From: Oikopleura dioica
Lineage: Eukaryota; Animalia; Chordata
Assembly: GCA_907165135.1 (NCBI GenBank)
Contig: OU015567.1
Coordinates: 5,146,001 to 5,210,000, forward strand
Length of the DNA stretch: 64,000 bases
Reading direction: 5' to 3'
Shown piece by piece: positions 1 to 13,321 of the stretch (the first letter of the stretch is position 1; each line of letters opens with the position of its first letter). The notes under the pieces are model-generated. The model was not told where the DNA came from, searched no databases, and was given only the letters and a program-made list of their open reading frames with translations. The position numbers were made by a program, and so were the translations under genes.

Positions 1-159
1 CTCATCTTATCAACGAACACCTGGTGATTCTGCCTCGCCAAGTTCTTCCCGAGAAAATAATTGACGCCGCTTTGAAAATTTTTTATATTCAGATTTTTAT
101 TTTTCCAATTTTTTCTGTTCAATAAAACTCAAAACATAAATTTACAAGGTTGGAAAAAG

Positions 160-992
160 CTATGCGAGACTTTCTCCAATGATACTGTCATATGTCGGCA
201 GGGAAGGATGTTCGACGTCGATTCTCAGCGCTTCGTTTCGGTAACCACTTCGAGCAGAAGGAGCTCTAGAAATTTCGATATGTCGGTTGAAGTCGGCGTA
301 ATCGGGGGTTTCACGGCTGATTTGAATGTTGATGAACTGGATTTTTCGGACGGAAATGCCCCAAGCATGCGTTGTTTGTTGGAGGAATAGCTACAATTTA
401 AGCTTTCGTTAGGATTCGTTAACTTATCTAAGGTAACTACCTTTAGGTCTTTCAGAAGCCCATTTCTTTGAGAAATCGTCTGTAGGTCGTCAAAATCCTT
501 CGCAGTAATGACTAGGCGCAAAGCCGACTCTATTGCAACTTTTAATCTATCCTTTGTTGACATCTTTTTAGGCAATTTGTTGACAAAAACCATCGAATTC
601 AGCACTTGATAGCAGAAAGTGAGGGCAACATCCAGGGAAACGAAATCTTTCGTGAGCACATCTTTGATTTCGAAGTCGAATTTGAGCGGTCGAAGGTCCA
701 CTCGGTCAAATGAATCGGTACAGGGGATGAGATAACAGTAACCAGTCTATGATTGATAATGACACAGGCTAGTTTGGGCGAGAGAAACCTGTATTGGTCG
801 ATTTTGCCTGGCCTCACCAAATCTCTTGATAACCGCTTCTTCATATTTCTCCACAAATCTCACCGCTTTGAAAAAGGTAATTGGAAACAACAGAACCGTC
901 CAAAAGCCGCAAAAATAAACCAAAACCTTCTTCATCAAGTTCTCAATTTTATCCTCTTCTTGGATCTCTAAGATTTCTCCGGAGCTCGTCAT
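160..992 (-). CDS. Stomatin-like (SPFH/band 7) protein, 246 aa, 3 exons, lacking the usual C-terminal coiled coil
   Basis: Exons 992-789, 746-441 and 390-160 are joined by phase-0 GT-AG introns of 42 and 50 nt. The translation VLLFPITFFKAVRFVEKYEEAVIKRFG...GYCYLIPCTDSFDRVDLRPLKFDFEIKDVLTKDFVSL...THAWGISVRKIQFINIQI follows stomatin motifs (FPISIW..EYERAIIFRLG, PCTDSF..VDMRT, EILTKDSV, DAWGIKVERVEI). Confidence 0.88.
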
Positions 993-1115
993 TTTTGAAA
1001 AAGTTTGAAGAGTTCATTGATGGGCGGTTATTCAGATGGGCAAAAGAAAATATCAAACGAATTAAATGAAATGGACTAAATTTGACGTTTATTTGAATTT
1101 TTCTTCAGAACAGTT

Positions 1116-2298
1116 TTATTTAAATGTTGACTTTGAACAATTAAACCCCCATAAAATGAAGTTCAGGGGTCTCGATTCTCTCCAGATGGGTTTTTTCGTC
1201 GCCAGATTCAAAATTCAATCGGAAAATATCTTCCTCTGAATTAGCATAAATCATAATTTCGCCAAAGTGTTCTTTATTGAGTTAAAACAGAAGAACCTAT
1301 TGGATCTTTTTAGGGCTTTTCAACTCGTTCCAAAGGCGTTTATATCTTTATAAAAAGGATTCCGGACACTTGAATAGGCAAAATTCGTCTCCATTCTGTC
1401 CATTCGCACGAATCTTCCAGCAGCAAGTCGGTACACGATGATAAAATATTTTGCTTTTGTAAAGCTGAAATTTGAATGGGTGTTAAAATAGGGCCCAGGG
1501 TTTTTGTTGACGAAAGTCTGGTCGCTGCCAAACTCAAATTCACGCCAGCGAAAAGTGGCAACAAAAAGGACTCCTTTTCGGTCTTTTTTAGATACTCACA
1601 AAATGAAATTAACGGTTAGCAAAATTTTCATCCTTTAAAAGAGCTACTGTATCCTATCCTGGAATCGGCAAGAAGTCATTAATAACCGTCTCGTATGGCA
1701 ATTGAGTAATCTGCATTCCAATTTCCACCCCATGCGAGTCATTCCTAAATTCCTTCTCCCAAAGGGGGTCTTCGTAATAGCTTTCGCTCCAATCGCGCTC
1801 CCGGCTTTCCATTCTTTGAAGCTGTATATTATGGCTAAGTAAAGAATCGACGGATAGAATGTTCAATTTTCCGTCGAAGACGAAAGCATGTCGTCGCGTG
1901 TCGTAGTCACGAGATTTGATTCTTCCGCGAGCTTCGAGGATTTTTTTGCGTCCGCGGGTAAGCGGGTCGAAAAAGAAACAGTAGTTTGGGTATTTGATTG
2001 TCGAGCAGAAGTAGAAGTCGTCCTGAAAGACGGCGGCGATGGAGGTGCTTTTTCCATTGAAAATCAAGCGATTTGTCACTCCATATCTTGACAAAAATGC
2101 CTGAGACTCGACTCCTATATCGACAAGCTCATCATCACCGAGGATAAATGTGTTGAATTCGGCATCAACGAGATAATTTCTTCCCTGGAGGTAAAGCGCG
2201 ATACTCGGGTTGTAATCAAGGCTGATGATGAAGTCTGGTCGGTAGCTTTTCAGGGATTCTGGGGTTAAGGGATCCCCTCCCGATTTGAAAAATTTCAT
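1116..2298 (-). CDS. Multi-exon protein of unknown function, possibly beta-propeller/Kelch-like
   Basis: 214-aa ORF (1654-2298) plus two further open segments (about 1325-1570 and 1116-1275) separated by short intron-like gaps. Beta-rich with a FYFC...YCFFFDP motif. It may be the 3' half of the gene at 2872-3956. Confidence 0.5.
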
Positions 2299-2871
2299 CG
2301 AGAGCTTTTGCTTGGTAAATTTTTAAAATGATCATCGTCTGAGGATCATTTCCATATATTATGTCAAGGGGCGTACGTCACGTGATTAGCCGTGACAAAG
2401 GCTTGAAAATGGCTTATTTTGATAAAAAAAAATTACTTAGAAAAAATTCGCAAAATTTTCGACTTTTTAAAGTCGACGAAATCATATAAATGAGGGCTTT
2501 TTAGAAAGCTTAGACGAAGCTGAATCAGAAAAAATAGGTCCTGATAAAATCTATTGCCACAAAGAGGTGCGAGAGAGCATAAAAAGTCACAAAAATGGCA
2601 AGAATCAGTCGAAAAAGTTTTTGTATAGAGAAATTCCAAAATCCTTGACCAAATCGGATGCCTGTACTAGAGATTGTAGAAGAGGTATCAAGGAAAGTTG
2701 GGATAATAAAATAAGGGGAATATATAAGAGGGGAAAAAAGAAGTTCGACTTTGAAAATGGCTTAAAACCGGGTTTTTGGCGACTATCAATGTCTTTAGAG
2801 CGATTTTTATAGGTGATTCCCCTTATCAAATTTAATTTCTATACTAGAGATTGCTCATTTAGAAATGCTCT

Positions 2872-3956
2872 TTAAAATAAGCCCCTAACCTTCAAGATAG
2901 CTAAGCCCGAAAAAAAGTAGTTCGACCTCAAAGTCGGCGAAATCGGGGGGGGATCCCTTAATTCGTTGAGGTACTCGGCCCAAAATTGGTAAAATAATAC
3001 GCGTTCGTAGACCTTTTTAAGTTTGAGAGAGCGTGGGTCGACAGATGCATCAAAGCTGGCGCGACCAATGGATGTTGAAGGTATATCGGCATCAGTTGTT
3101 AGTTCGAAAAGAGCGTCGTTTTCGCTGTAGTACCAAACAAGAGGAATTTTTTTGACATCCACGTGCTCGCATTGAAAATAAGAACATGGGCAGCCAGCAG
3201 CACAGAGTTTTTCAAAAGGGCAGATTTCATCCATTTCCCCGTTGTCGCTCAAATGCGATTCGCAGATTTGACGACACAAGCCAACATCTTCCTCGTTGAT
3301 TTTCGAGCAAAGTTGCTCGCAAATTTTCAAATCTATGAAACAAAATTTTACTCTTTCGGATGAAAAATGGGTTTTACCGTAGTAGTTGTATCTTTTGCAC
3401 CTTTTCAAATTGACGTCCTGCTCGTCATTTGTATAAAAATCGTCATCAGCTCTTTCTCTCGCCTCGGGCAAGACCACCTTTGTCGGATAAACGAATTCAC
3501 CAGTGTCTCGCATACAAGTAGAAAAGCTCTCGTAACAAGTACCATATGGAAAGTTGAGTAGGCATGTTTTAAAATTCCGCGCGCAGGTTTTAGTTTTGAA
3601 AGTTTCCAAAGGAGCAAGGTTTTTAACACTTTCGAAGTTCGCTATCAAAATTATTGTCTGCCAAAATAGAGTGCCAAGAAGAAGATAGGTTAACCTTTGG
3701 CGGAGGGTTGCGAAACCACTAGAATTTTGGAACTAGAATATTTTTGAAAGCATTTTTCTACGTACTGTTTAGCGAGACCAAGTTTTTGTGGTTGATGATA
3801 ATCAAATAAAATCTTTTCTTCTGACGGGACCAAAACAACTTCGTTATTAACTTTTCTTACGAAACCAACGCAATCGCAATCCAAACACTTTATCTCTAAC
3901 TCGTGAGTTTCCATTTTAAAGAAGTTTGACGAAGTACTTTCGTAAATGAGGTACAT
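2872..3956 (-). CDS. Cys-rich lineage-specific protein with a CPxxxxCxxGCPCxxxxC motif
   Basis: 258-aa ORF 2872-3648 containing ICPFEKLCAAGCPCSYFQC and other Cys pairs, plus upstream ORF 3690-3956. The splicing between them is unresolved. Confidence 0.6.
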
Positions 3957-4102
3957 CTGAAGAAAAAGCTGACAGTTCTGATGCTTGGCATTTCTCTCGA
4001 CCTTCTTTTAACTTCACAAAGACAGACCCTCTCTAAGAGGTTCGTTTTTTAGGTAGAAGATACTAGAAAGCACGAGGGACTAGAGTCTAGTTTGAAAAAA
4101 AA

Positions 4103-4340
4103 CATCCCCTAATTTATCCTTGATTCAATGCATGAGCCCCCTTGTTAATCCTCTAACCCAATGTATGGGGCCCCTTGTCCATCCCGCCCACGCAATTTTT
4201 TACCGTTATTGACGAATTTTCTAGATATTTAAGACTAGAAAAAGGGTAATTGCGTGGGCAGGATGAACTAGGGGACACATGAATTAAGTTAGAGGATGAT
4301 CAAGGGGCCTTATGCATCGAAACGAGGAGAAATAAGGGGA
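4103..4340. mobile_element. Degenerate palindromic (MITE-like) element
   Basis: Imperfect inverted arms, e.g. CCCGCCCACGCAATT (4184) versus AATTGCGTGGGCAGG (4249), and CCTCTAAC versus GTTAGAGG. Confidence 0.6.
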
Positions 4341-4561
4341 CGCCCTTTTTATGATTTTTTTCTTTGCAAAAATTTATAAAAAAGAAGAAATAAAAATTCC
4401 ATCATAAAATTGTATTGCGTGGCATCGAATGTTTGCCTTACATTTGGGCTTGTATGAATACAAATTGAGCGCTCTGTGTAGCCACATTGTGTACTCTTCT
4501 ATTCACAAAAAATCTGCAGTGCGCGGCGGAACAAGGCCTCCTGCAGATTATTTCGAAAAAA

Positions 4562-7500
4562 ATGAAAAAACTCTTGATATTTTTAATGATTTGTGAGAGA
4601 AGCAAATTTTTGGCAAATTGCGAAAGTGTAGAGAGCGAAATGGAGAAAGAACTTAGAGAAGATTATCTGGATAGATTGCATACGCTGCAAGAGATTGTCA
4701 AGAATATTAATGTTACGGAAGAAAATGTGAGGGAGAGGTTCAGGGTTACTGTTGGATCTACAGGGATTGGTGCCAATTTCAATCATTTCAAAAATTAAGG
4801 AGAATGGGATAGCCGCGTGCGGCTTTTTTTCTTTCTGAATAAATTTTCCATACAATTTTTCACCTGCTATAAAATAGCCGCGCGCGGCTTTTCTTAAAAA
4901 TCTAATAAAATTTTATCCCAAAAAAAGCTTACTGTTTTCATGATATTTTTTTTGAAAAAGCCGCAAGCGGCTTTTTAGGTCGGTCAAAAAATTTCATTTT
5001 GAAAAGCTTTGGTTATCGATAATTTTTGTTTAGTCAAGATTTTTTGGCAAGTAGAAGAGCAAAATAAGAGCTGCTTCTGAAACGCGCTGAAAAATATTTG
5101 ACAAATGTAGAATCGTTGACAAGTAAATCTCGTTTGTCGAATTCACGGAAAATTTGCACCGCCGATAAGCGACCTTATCGCTGCTGGAGACAAACAACAC
5201 GGACAAGGTACTCTACGCGTTCAGAGCGGATCAACTGGATCCAGATTCGAGGAGAAGGTAAGTTCTTAAAAAGGGCAATTTTTGGCGAAAATTTGCAAAT
5301 ATCCCGACTCAAGTCAACCACTGACATTTGAAGTTCGGTTTCAACTGCAATTGAAAATTTGTTATTTGTAGATTTCAATTCTCCTGCTCTCATAATGGCA
5401 AATGCAGAACCAACTTTGAGCTGGAAGGAAGACTGACATTCCATGGCAATAAATTTACGATTTCAAATTTTCAGGAACGATTTTATTCTCAATTTTGCAT
5501 AAAAAAAAAGAATTTTTCATTCATAAAAAAAGTTTAATTAGCGCGGAACATCAGATACAGTATTTCGCAGCATTTGATATCAAAATCGAAATGTTTTTTT
5601 TTGCAGTTATTTCTTATAAAAAGGTGATCATATGACTCTGCCAGCTGATATTGACATCTGTTTGCATTCATGAAGAATTTGAAAGAAGTAGAAAGTCTGA
5701 TCGTGTGAAAATAAAATCGTGAAAAGCTCACAGACGGCGGATACTGGATTTACATGCTTTCTCACCAGGGCGACCTTGAATTCGAAGCATCTTCTGAAGT
5801 CTCCTTCATTCAAGTCTGGAACCAGGACTCGACCGTCTCCGCCAGCTGGACGCAAAGTCCTGGAGCAGCGAGACAGGCTGTTTGCCAAGGTGAGTGGGTG
5901 GAAAATCGCTTCCTCTACTGTACTTTCTCAAGTACGGATGTTTCAAGTAGGAAGAGGAAACTTTCAATCGAGAGCCATCAAAATGTTCGATAAAATGAAA
6001 GTCGAGAAATCACGTGATTGAGATACTCATTTTCATAGACATTTTTCTACCATTTTTATTGCTAAAAATCATCACGAAAATTCTAGCATCGTCAAACCCC
6101 GCCCCGAAAATCGAGTGGGCCGATTCAGCTGTTCATGAAAAATCTTCGCTCTCTTGCTCCTCAACGATTTCGACCAGGTCTTTATCAGAAGAAGACCTCT
6201 CAATCTCCATTTCAAAAGGTCAAAAACTCATTCAATGCCGCCTATCCACCCAAAAATGGACCCTAGACGAGTTGGCCGAAGAAAAGCGCTCCTCAGAATT
6301 GTATTTTGACTGGCCAAAGTGGGAGCGCAAACGACTTTACAAGCCCGATCTGAATGAAGCGTTCGATTTTACAGTGCTTTTATCGGGACAACTGATTGTC
6401 GAAATTGAGCAAGTTCCAAAAACAACATCCGGAGTGGCCATTGTGACGCAGGACACGCTTCACGCCACGTCAGGAAGTCGATATCTTGTCGGACAGGATT
6501 CAATAAAGACGGCTAACGGGGATTTTACAGTCGCTCAAAATACCGAGGAAAAAAAATTGCAAGTGAAAGTGGAGAAATTTGGGAAAACTGGCGAGTTCGG
6601 ATTCTTTGTTGAGTTTTTTGATGAAAATGGAGTTTTGGGGGAATCGAATGTTTTTCACTATTCAGGAACAGATATAAACCATTCGTTTTGAAAGCCAATC
6701 AGATCCCATAATTCTCTTTCCTGAAATCTTATTGGCTGAAAAAAAAGCGCAGCTCTTTTTGACCAAATCAATTTCGGGAATAGAAACTCATTTTGGGCAA
6801 TTTTTATTGGTCAAAATTTTTGACTCAAAAACTCGATAAAAAATATATCTTCGAAAAGTCGTCGGATCAGAATCAAGTGGTCAACCCTCCGTCCAACAAA
6901 TAACCGACCATGTCTATTCCACCGAAGACCTCCCTTACTCCCTGATCGCAATCTGCGAGCAAAAGTTCTACTTTCCTCTGAACAAAATCTGCTGGTTCCG
7001 AAAGCGCTCATCCGAAAACAAACCTCCCGAGCCGATAACAAAATGCTTCGAGCATCAGAAACTGCCGCTGTATTTGAACTACACTGAAATGGTCGAACTG
7101 GAAGAATACGATATCGGATGTGCTTCGGCAAACAACTTGGGGACGATTATTTCACCGCTGATTTCGATAAGCGCGAGGCAGGTCAATGCTTTTGAGCCGC
7201 CAAAAGAGGTTGAAATGACGACAGGGAAGGGATGGAACATTTTCGGCTGCGATTCTTGAAGAAATTCGCTAATTTTTGCTGTTTTTATCGAGTATTTTTG
7301 CCTGTTCAAACCCTCGAAAAAAAGACATGGAAGAGTACGTCTGTCGTGGAATTTACAAAACACCTGCGGCGCCTCCTCATTGCTCCATTTATGGTATTGA
7401 TTTACATGCCAACTGCCGGAAATTGTAAAAAACTCTCATTTTCAGGCACGGTGGACGGGTCGACATTTGAAAGTGGCGAGATGGAGGCGGAAATGGATGG

Positions 7501-8349
7501 CGATAAATTTTCTTGTAGAACTGGAGTTAGTTCTAATCTTCCGGGTAAGGGTCTATTTTAAGGTCTGGTGGTCATCTTTTGACTCGTATTTTAAGCCTCC
7601 CTTATCTGCGAAGTTTCAACCAACGAATTTCCTCCTATCTCGTCCGAGCTCTTCCAAAACGGCGATGAGTCCAAGCTCGCCGTTGGTGTCGTCGTTGGCA
7701 TCTGTGTCGGAGTCTTTCTCCTTTGCCTTGGCGTAGCGCTTTTCTTCGTCTTCCGAAATCGCAAGAATCAGAAAAGTCGAGCTCCTTCGATTTCGTATCC
7801 TGAGTCGGTTGTCAACGGACATGCGACTGCTGGAAGCTTCAATTCCGGAAAACCAAGGCAGATTTCGACGACTTTTGTTGGCAACTACAATCAAGAAAGG
7901 TTGATAAAATTGAAAGTGACTGGTAAAGTAAAAATTATTCCTAGCGATTCGGAGTACTCAGAAGAAGAGGTTTACTCGGAGACCGATGAGTCATCAGAAG
8001 ATGAAATCGCCAGAATCAAGGTTACCTTTTTGAAAAAAAAAATTCTTAGCTAAATTTTTTCCAGAGCAAGTATCGTAGTCAATCTTCAACCAACCATCAA
8101 TCAAGCCGATATCAAGCTGTCCCTCTTCATCACGACACAACTACAGTCGACCTCACCCTCAGTCGCCCTCCACAGAATCATCATCATCAAAGCCTTCATG
8201 CGCCAAGCTACAGTCCTCCGCCCCCACCAGAAGCGACGGAGGAGAGCATTCAGATTCTCAAACAGTTCCAGAGCATTTTTACGGCGAATGAAAATGCGAA
8301 TCGAAAAGGTCGCAGTGGAAGCAAATTTCAAGAATCTGTAGTTATTTGA
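4562..8349 (+). CDS. Type I membrane immunoglobulin-superfamily protein (multi-exon; 5' linkage tentative)
   Basis: Ig motifs ASSNPAPKIEW (about 6085) and ICWFR...YDIGCASANNLG (about 6980-7145). Transmembrane helix LAVGVVVGICVGVFLLCLGVALFFVF followed by RNRK (about 7675-7765). Spliced acidic and Pro-rich tail ending QESVVI-stop at 8349. The ATG at 4562 (MKKLLIFLMI) is a candidate signal-peptide start. Confidence 0.65.
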
Positions 8350-8630
8350 TTTTCTCATCTTTATAATGTGAATAAATGTACAACATATAAAAAAGATGCC
8401 GAAGAAATTGGCTCGTTATAAACTCATTATGGTCACTTACGATTATGATGATAATTTTTTTAACTCTTGGATAATTTATTTGAAAATTGTCAAAATTTTA
8501 AGGACGGTGATTATAAAGAATTCTGATACAACTGGGTCATAAGAGCATTTTTGAGAGAGAAGAAGGAAGTAAGGCAACATTATGTGGACTATGATATCAA
8601 AGTCGACCATTTTCTTTGCTTTTAACGCAT

Positions 8631-9454
8631 TTAAAATGGGTTGCAGCTTGTCAGTGCGCTGACACAGTTTTCGATAGAAGGGTCTTCTGTGCATGTTTTA
8701 ATTTTCGTTTCACATTCGTCGGAGAGAACACCAGCGCAAGTTGCTAGCGCATTAAGACACGGAGTAACAGTCTCGAAGGCAGCGACACATTCAGCGATGG
8801 AAGTGGCACAGCCCCACCAGGAGCCGCTCTAGAAAAATCTTACTCAAAGAAGTCAAATAAATCTGAGTGTACCTCGAGCATGTTGTTTCCGGCGCAAGAA
8901 TTCTTCCAGTCGCTTGACCATCCGGGCTTTCTGAATTTTCCGTTCTGGCAATGAATAATCCCCTTGACTGTTTGATCCTTGCAGACGACATCGTAGTAGG
9001 CTCGCTCCTGATCGACGATTTTTCGCGGGGAAAGGACACCATTAGCGATGGGCGTTGTAGCAGCCTTGACGCATCGATTTTGATGGCCTTTTTCTTCACA
9101 TTTTAGGACGGCTCCGGAAAGATTTCTGCGAAATGTTATCATTGCTGGCATTTAGTCTTATACGTACTTTGTGGAGCTAGAAATCTTGTTGCAATTAGTA
9201 ACGAAACTAGGCGAGTCCTTCTTTGGACGAACAGTCCAATTTGGTTTAAAACCCTTTTCGCAAGAAGGTTCGCATTTGATCTTGTTCCCAGTCACAGTAT
9301 CTTTGCAGCCCCAAGCGCCATTCTCGATGGGATTGGCAGCAATCGTTTCGTTGACTTCCCCGCCGCAGGTTAAGTGGATGGCCTCGCTGCAATAAGCACC
9401 GATTAAGCACCAAGCTTTAGCTTGAGAGACAAGTAAAAATTTTCCAAGTTTCAT
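8631..9454 (-). CDS. Putative secreted Cys-rich protein with sushi/CCP-like segments and a C-terminal multi-Cys domain, 3 exons
   Basis: ORF 9158-9454 splices in frame through two short GT-AG introns to RNLSGAVLKCEE...NSCAGNNMLE and then SGSWWGCATSIAEC...LTSCNPF-stop at 8631. Confidence 0.65.
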
Positions 9455-12239
9455 TTTTCAATTTTATGTGTACTTATTTTCCGATATGCGCTTCCTTATA
9501 TAGGGCTCAACATGCTCTCTCGAAATATAGAGTGCGTAAGAGCGCCCCTTTTTTATGAATTCTCTTGAAAAATGCTCATTCCACCTCCCCACGAAAGCCT
9601 GAAATGAAAAAACGATTTTCCGAACTTTGACCAGTATCTTCTTTATATTGGTCTTACGTACGCTGATCAAACGCTCATTTGAAACCTCGTTTTATAACGA
9701 ATAAATTCTAGTAGAATCAGCTCATTATCTTGCCATTCGCTCATGCATGATAGACTGTCAAAAAGAGGTCATTTTCAAATTGTATCTTCTTATTTTTGTG
9801 GCCTCTTTTATAGCAAATCTTTTACCTGTAGAAGAAAGATTCGACCCTTAACTTATTATTCTGGTTGAAGTAGCATAATAGAAAAAAATTTCTTTTTTTA
9901 ATATTTTTTCGAGTTTTTTCGGCGTTTTTTGGTATTTAATCGCAAAGATTCCTAGCACGGTTCTTTTATTTCTTGTCTACACATTCTAAGCTTTCGATAC
10001 ACCCCTTATTTGTCCTCTGAAAAATCATTGAAAAATCGAAAAAAATAATCGATTTCTACGCTAAACACAATTAACAAGCATTTTCCCGAGCTTTGAAAGG
10101 CAAAATTTAGGAGATGCATTCATGTAAGGGGGTTCAGTGAAAACCCAAAAATTGCCCACCTAACAATTGGCCGCTTTTTCAGATATAAAAAACCCTCCAT
10201 GAGAATAAGGCCCAAATGATGCCATTTCTGATCATTTTTGGCTTTTTTTTTAAGTGTATAAATCATTCAAAATGACTAAATTCTAATAAGAATGTCTTCA
10301 ACAAGGAAAAATTTGAAAAATTCATCAAAAATAATAAAATCATGCCGATTTTTGAAGATTTCGAAATTTAGCATTTTGAAGGGGAAACTTGGCTAGCCGG
10401 CAAAGAAAAAAAAAATTTTTCCGGCCAATTTTTGGATTTCATTGAACTAAGATATATTGAAATCGTGTAAGTTAAGGTTGTTTGCATCATTATGAGAGAG
10501 TTTACTCACTAATCAGGCGCGGAGCCCATATGAGCTCATTAATTTAATGAATTTCAGAAATTTTTCGAACAAAATTTCGAACGTAGCCACCCTACACCCA
10601 AATAATCTTCAGAACACGAGGAATCTAGAAATAGGACATATGGAACTTAGTCAAAGTTTTGAAAAAACGGGGGGTGATCCATTAAATTAAGGAACTCGAT
10701 TCTTGGGAGGAATTTAAACTAAGAACAACTTCAAGCAATTCGGCTGAAACTCTTCCAAAAAGAAATTTAAAATTCAAGTACTTCTTGTACTTTAACAAGT
10801 ACAACCGTCTGCATTTAAAGGACCTGGCCGAGCAAGTGCTGCCCCTTTTTCATATTCGCCAACATGGTGCACCAGCAATTTTCATGAACCACCCTTTTTA
10901 TTCAGGAGACTTTCTTAATGCCGTACTAATAATACGGTAAATTCAGCAGTGTCAGTCCGCTGCCCTTCCTCTTTCGCTTGAGTAAACCATCGCCGGACAA
11001 AAGAAGTTGATTCAGATTCTTCCGCTTTCTGAAGATCACACTCTTCAAAATTTCCCACATCTGAGATGTTTCTTTAAAAAACATGACTCTCGCTTGATCT
11101 TCCTTTGTCCGCTTATCGCCTCGCGACTTTTGTGCAAATTTTATTTTTAGCAAATTTTAGCAAAAGACAGAAATTATCACACCTCGTCTTTTTGATCAAG
11201 TGCCAGAGCGATTAAGGGAGTACCAGTCGAAAAGAGGTCAAAGTTGCAAAAAGAGAAAAACGAAGCACTTTTACTAAAAAATCGATCAAAAAGGTAATTT
11301 AAAAAAAATGAAGAAAAAATCATTTTTTTTTTTAAGAAAAAATAAACAAAAAACTTGATTTTCGTCCAAAAACCCGCTTTCAAAAAAGAATTAACGGGAT
11401 TCAGAGGACCATAATTGGGGTGAATTAGCGACAATTGCTTTCAAAATCAGAAGGCGTCTCAAGAAACGTCGACTTTGGCGGCCTTTTCGAGATCGAAAAT
11501 ATCTGAAAATAGAGCGATAAAAAATTTTGTGTTGCAGGTAAACTTGAAAATGACGGGTTGGGAGCAAGTTTTTAATTGTGCAATAAAACAACCTTTGCTT
11601 GGATTTTTTTCTTGGAAGCAGGAAACAAAATTTGACCTTTGGTTAAGTCGAAGACAGAGGGAGTGATTTTTATTTGAAGGAGAGATAGGTTGCCAGGCTT
11701 TCAAAAGGTTAGGGCTTAGGCAAAATCCCGAAGGCAATAAAGGAAGAGCACTATTACTGATTTTTTCTAGAGGAAAAGGGAAGAAGAGAAATAATTATAA
11801 AAAGTGGAAAATTTGATTTCGAAATTTTTTCTCGAAAAAATCCCTTTTTTCTTTCTTTACTGTGAATTTTTATAAGATTTCATTCCATAAATTCAATCAT
11901 AGCTTTTATTCTCCCTTTTTTCATCCCCTTTTTTCTGAAAGGATGCTTGAAAGGGGGGATTATCCTGAAGATCAATTCAGCGCACGTCCATCTCAACCAT
12001 CAAAGCCATAATTAACCCTTGACTGCCTTTTTCTGGCAAAAGACAAAAAGAAGAAATTTAAATTAATGATTCAGACGAGCGCCGAGATCGATAAAAACGC
12101 GCGTGCAAACCATCTGGCCCTTCTACTCCAACTCAAGGCCAGAACAGAGAAAGAAAAAATTAAACACTCGAAGAAAAAGATATATTTCAAGCTTGAAATT
12201 GATTGAAGGAGGAACTTTTTTGAAGAAAAAAATGTCGCC

Positions 12240-13188
12240 AAGAGAATCGTTTTTGTACAGTAGCGAAGAAATGGACTTTTTATCAGGTACGATTTCCTGT
12301 CGAAAAAAATCTAAGCAGTTTAAAAAAAAGGAATAAGAAAACCATAATTTTCTTTTTTGAAGGAAAAATTGGATATTTTCGGCTCGCAGTCCTAGTGAAA
12401 AAATAACATTAATCCTATCAGCAATCTCTGATTATGGACTCACCTAATCCACCCACTTTTACTCCTCATAATAGCGAGTTTTCTAGCGCTTTCCTGGTGC
12501 CTATCCCAATCCGCCCGGCTGGTGCACCCTTCACACATCAACAGGCTCACGTAAGTCCTCCAAATTGCCACTAATCGCTTCATAATCGCCCTGCTATCTG
12601 ACTGCCACCCTCTGAGGGGGTTTGTTTGCGCTCTGAATTTTTAATACCCATTTAATTTCGAGATCAGAATCAACATAAATTTTAAATTTTAGGAGCAAGA
12701 TTCCGATTCAAGCTTGGGTGGATGGAATTGCCCTGCCGAATTCGACCTTTTCTAGTTCTTATGGCGGCGTTTTGGACTTTCCGAACTTAAGTGAGAAAAA
12801 ATCAAAATTTTGCCTCGAAATATTTTTCAGAAAACAACGAAGAGAAGAGTCAGCAATGCCTGTACAAGTCCGATTTCACCATTTTAAAATCGGCTCCTTG
12901 CAGCGAGAAGAAATTCGCCTTCTGCGACTCGCGGCACTTCAACCTCTTGCAAGCCATCGACAGCCTGGGCGAGTCTCTTGGGGACGTAGCGCTGGCTCCG
13001 GTCGATGATTCAATCAGGTTTTTTTTTCATCGATTTCCAAGCTCTTTATTCATGAAAAATTTTTCAGCGTGCCAGTTCTGGTCATTTGCAGTGTGATGGT
13101 GATTTCGATGGCTTTGGCTGTGATGATCTACATTTACGAAACCTTCTTTTCGAGACGAAATTCAAAAGTAGCTTACTACCTTAACTAA
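12240..13188 (+). CDS. C-type-lectin-like domain membrane protein (5' end unresolved)
   Basis: Spliced reading WCLSQSARLV...IQAWVDG...QCLYKSDFTILKSAPCSEKKFAFCD follows the CTLD Cys/Trp pattern. The last exon encodes a hydrophobic helix VPVLVICSVMVISMALAVMIYIY and stops at 13188. Confidence 0.6.
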
Positions 13189-13321
13189 AACCTCCAAATA
13201 ATCGACTATTGGAATCTACCTCGCTGTAAATATAAATTATATCTTATTCGAATAAATTATGGAAACTGAGAAATAGAGAAGTAGCTGATTTATTGGAAAT
13301 TGTTGACGGAAGATTTCAATA

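Noticed and set aside
10926-11737. Minus-strand multi-exon gene
   Set aside because: There are short open segments and some splice-like sites, but I could not build a consistent frame or recognise homology.
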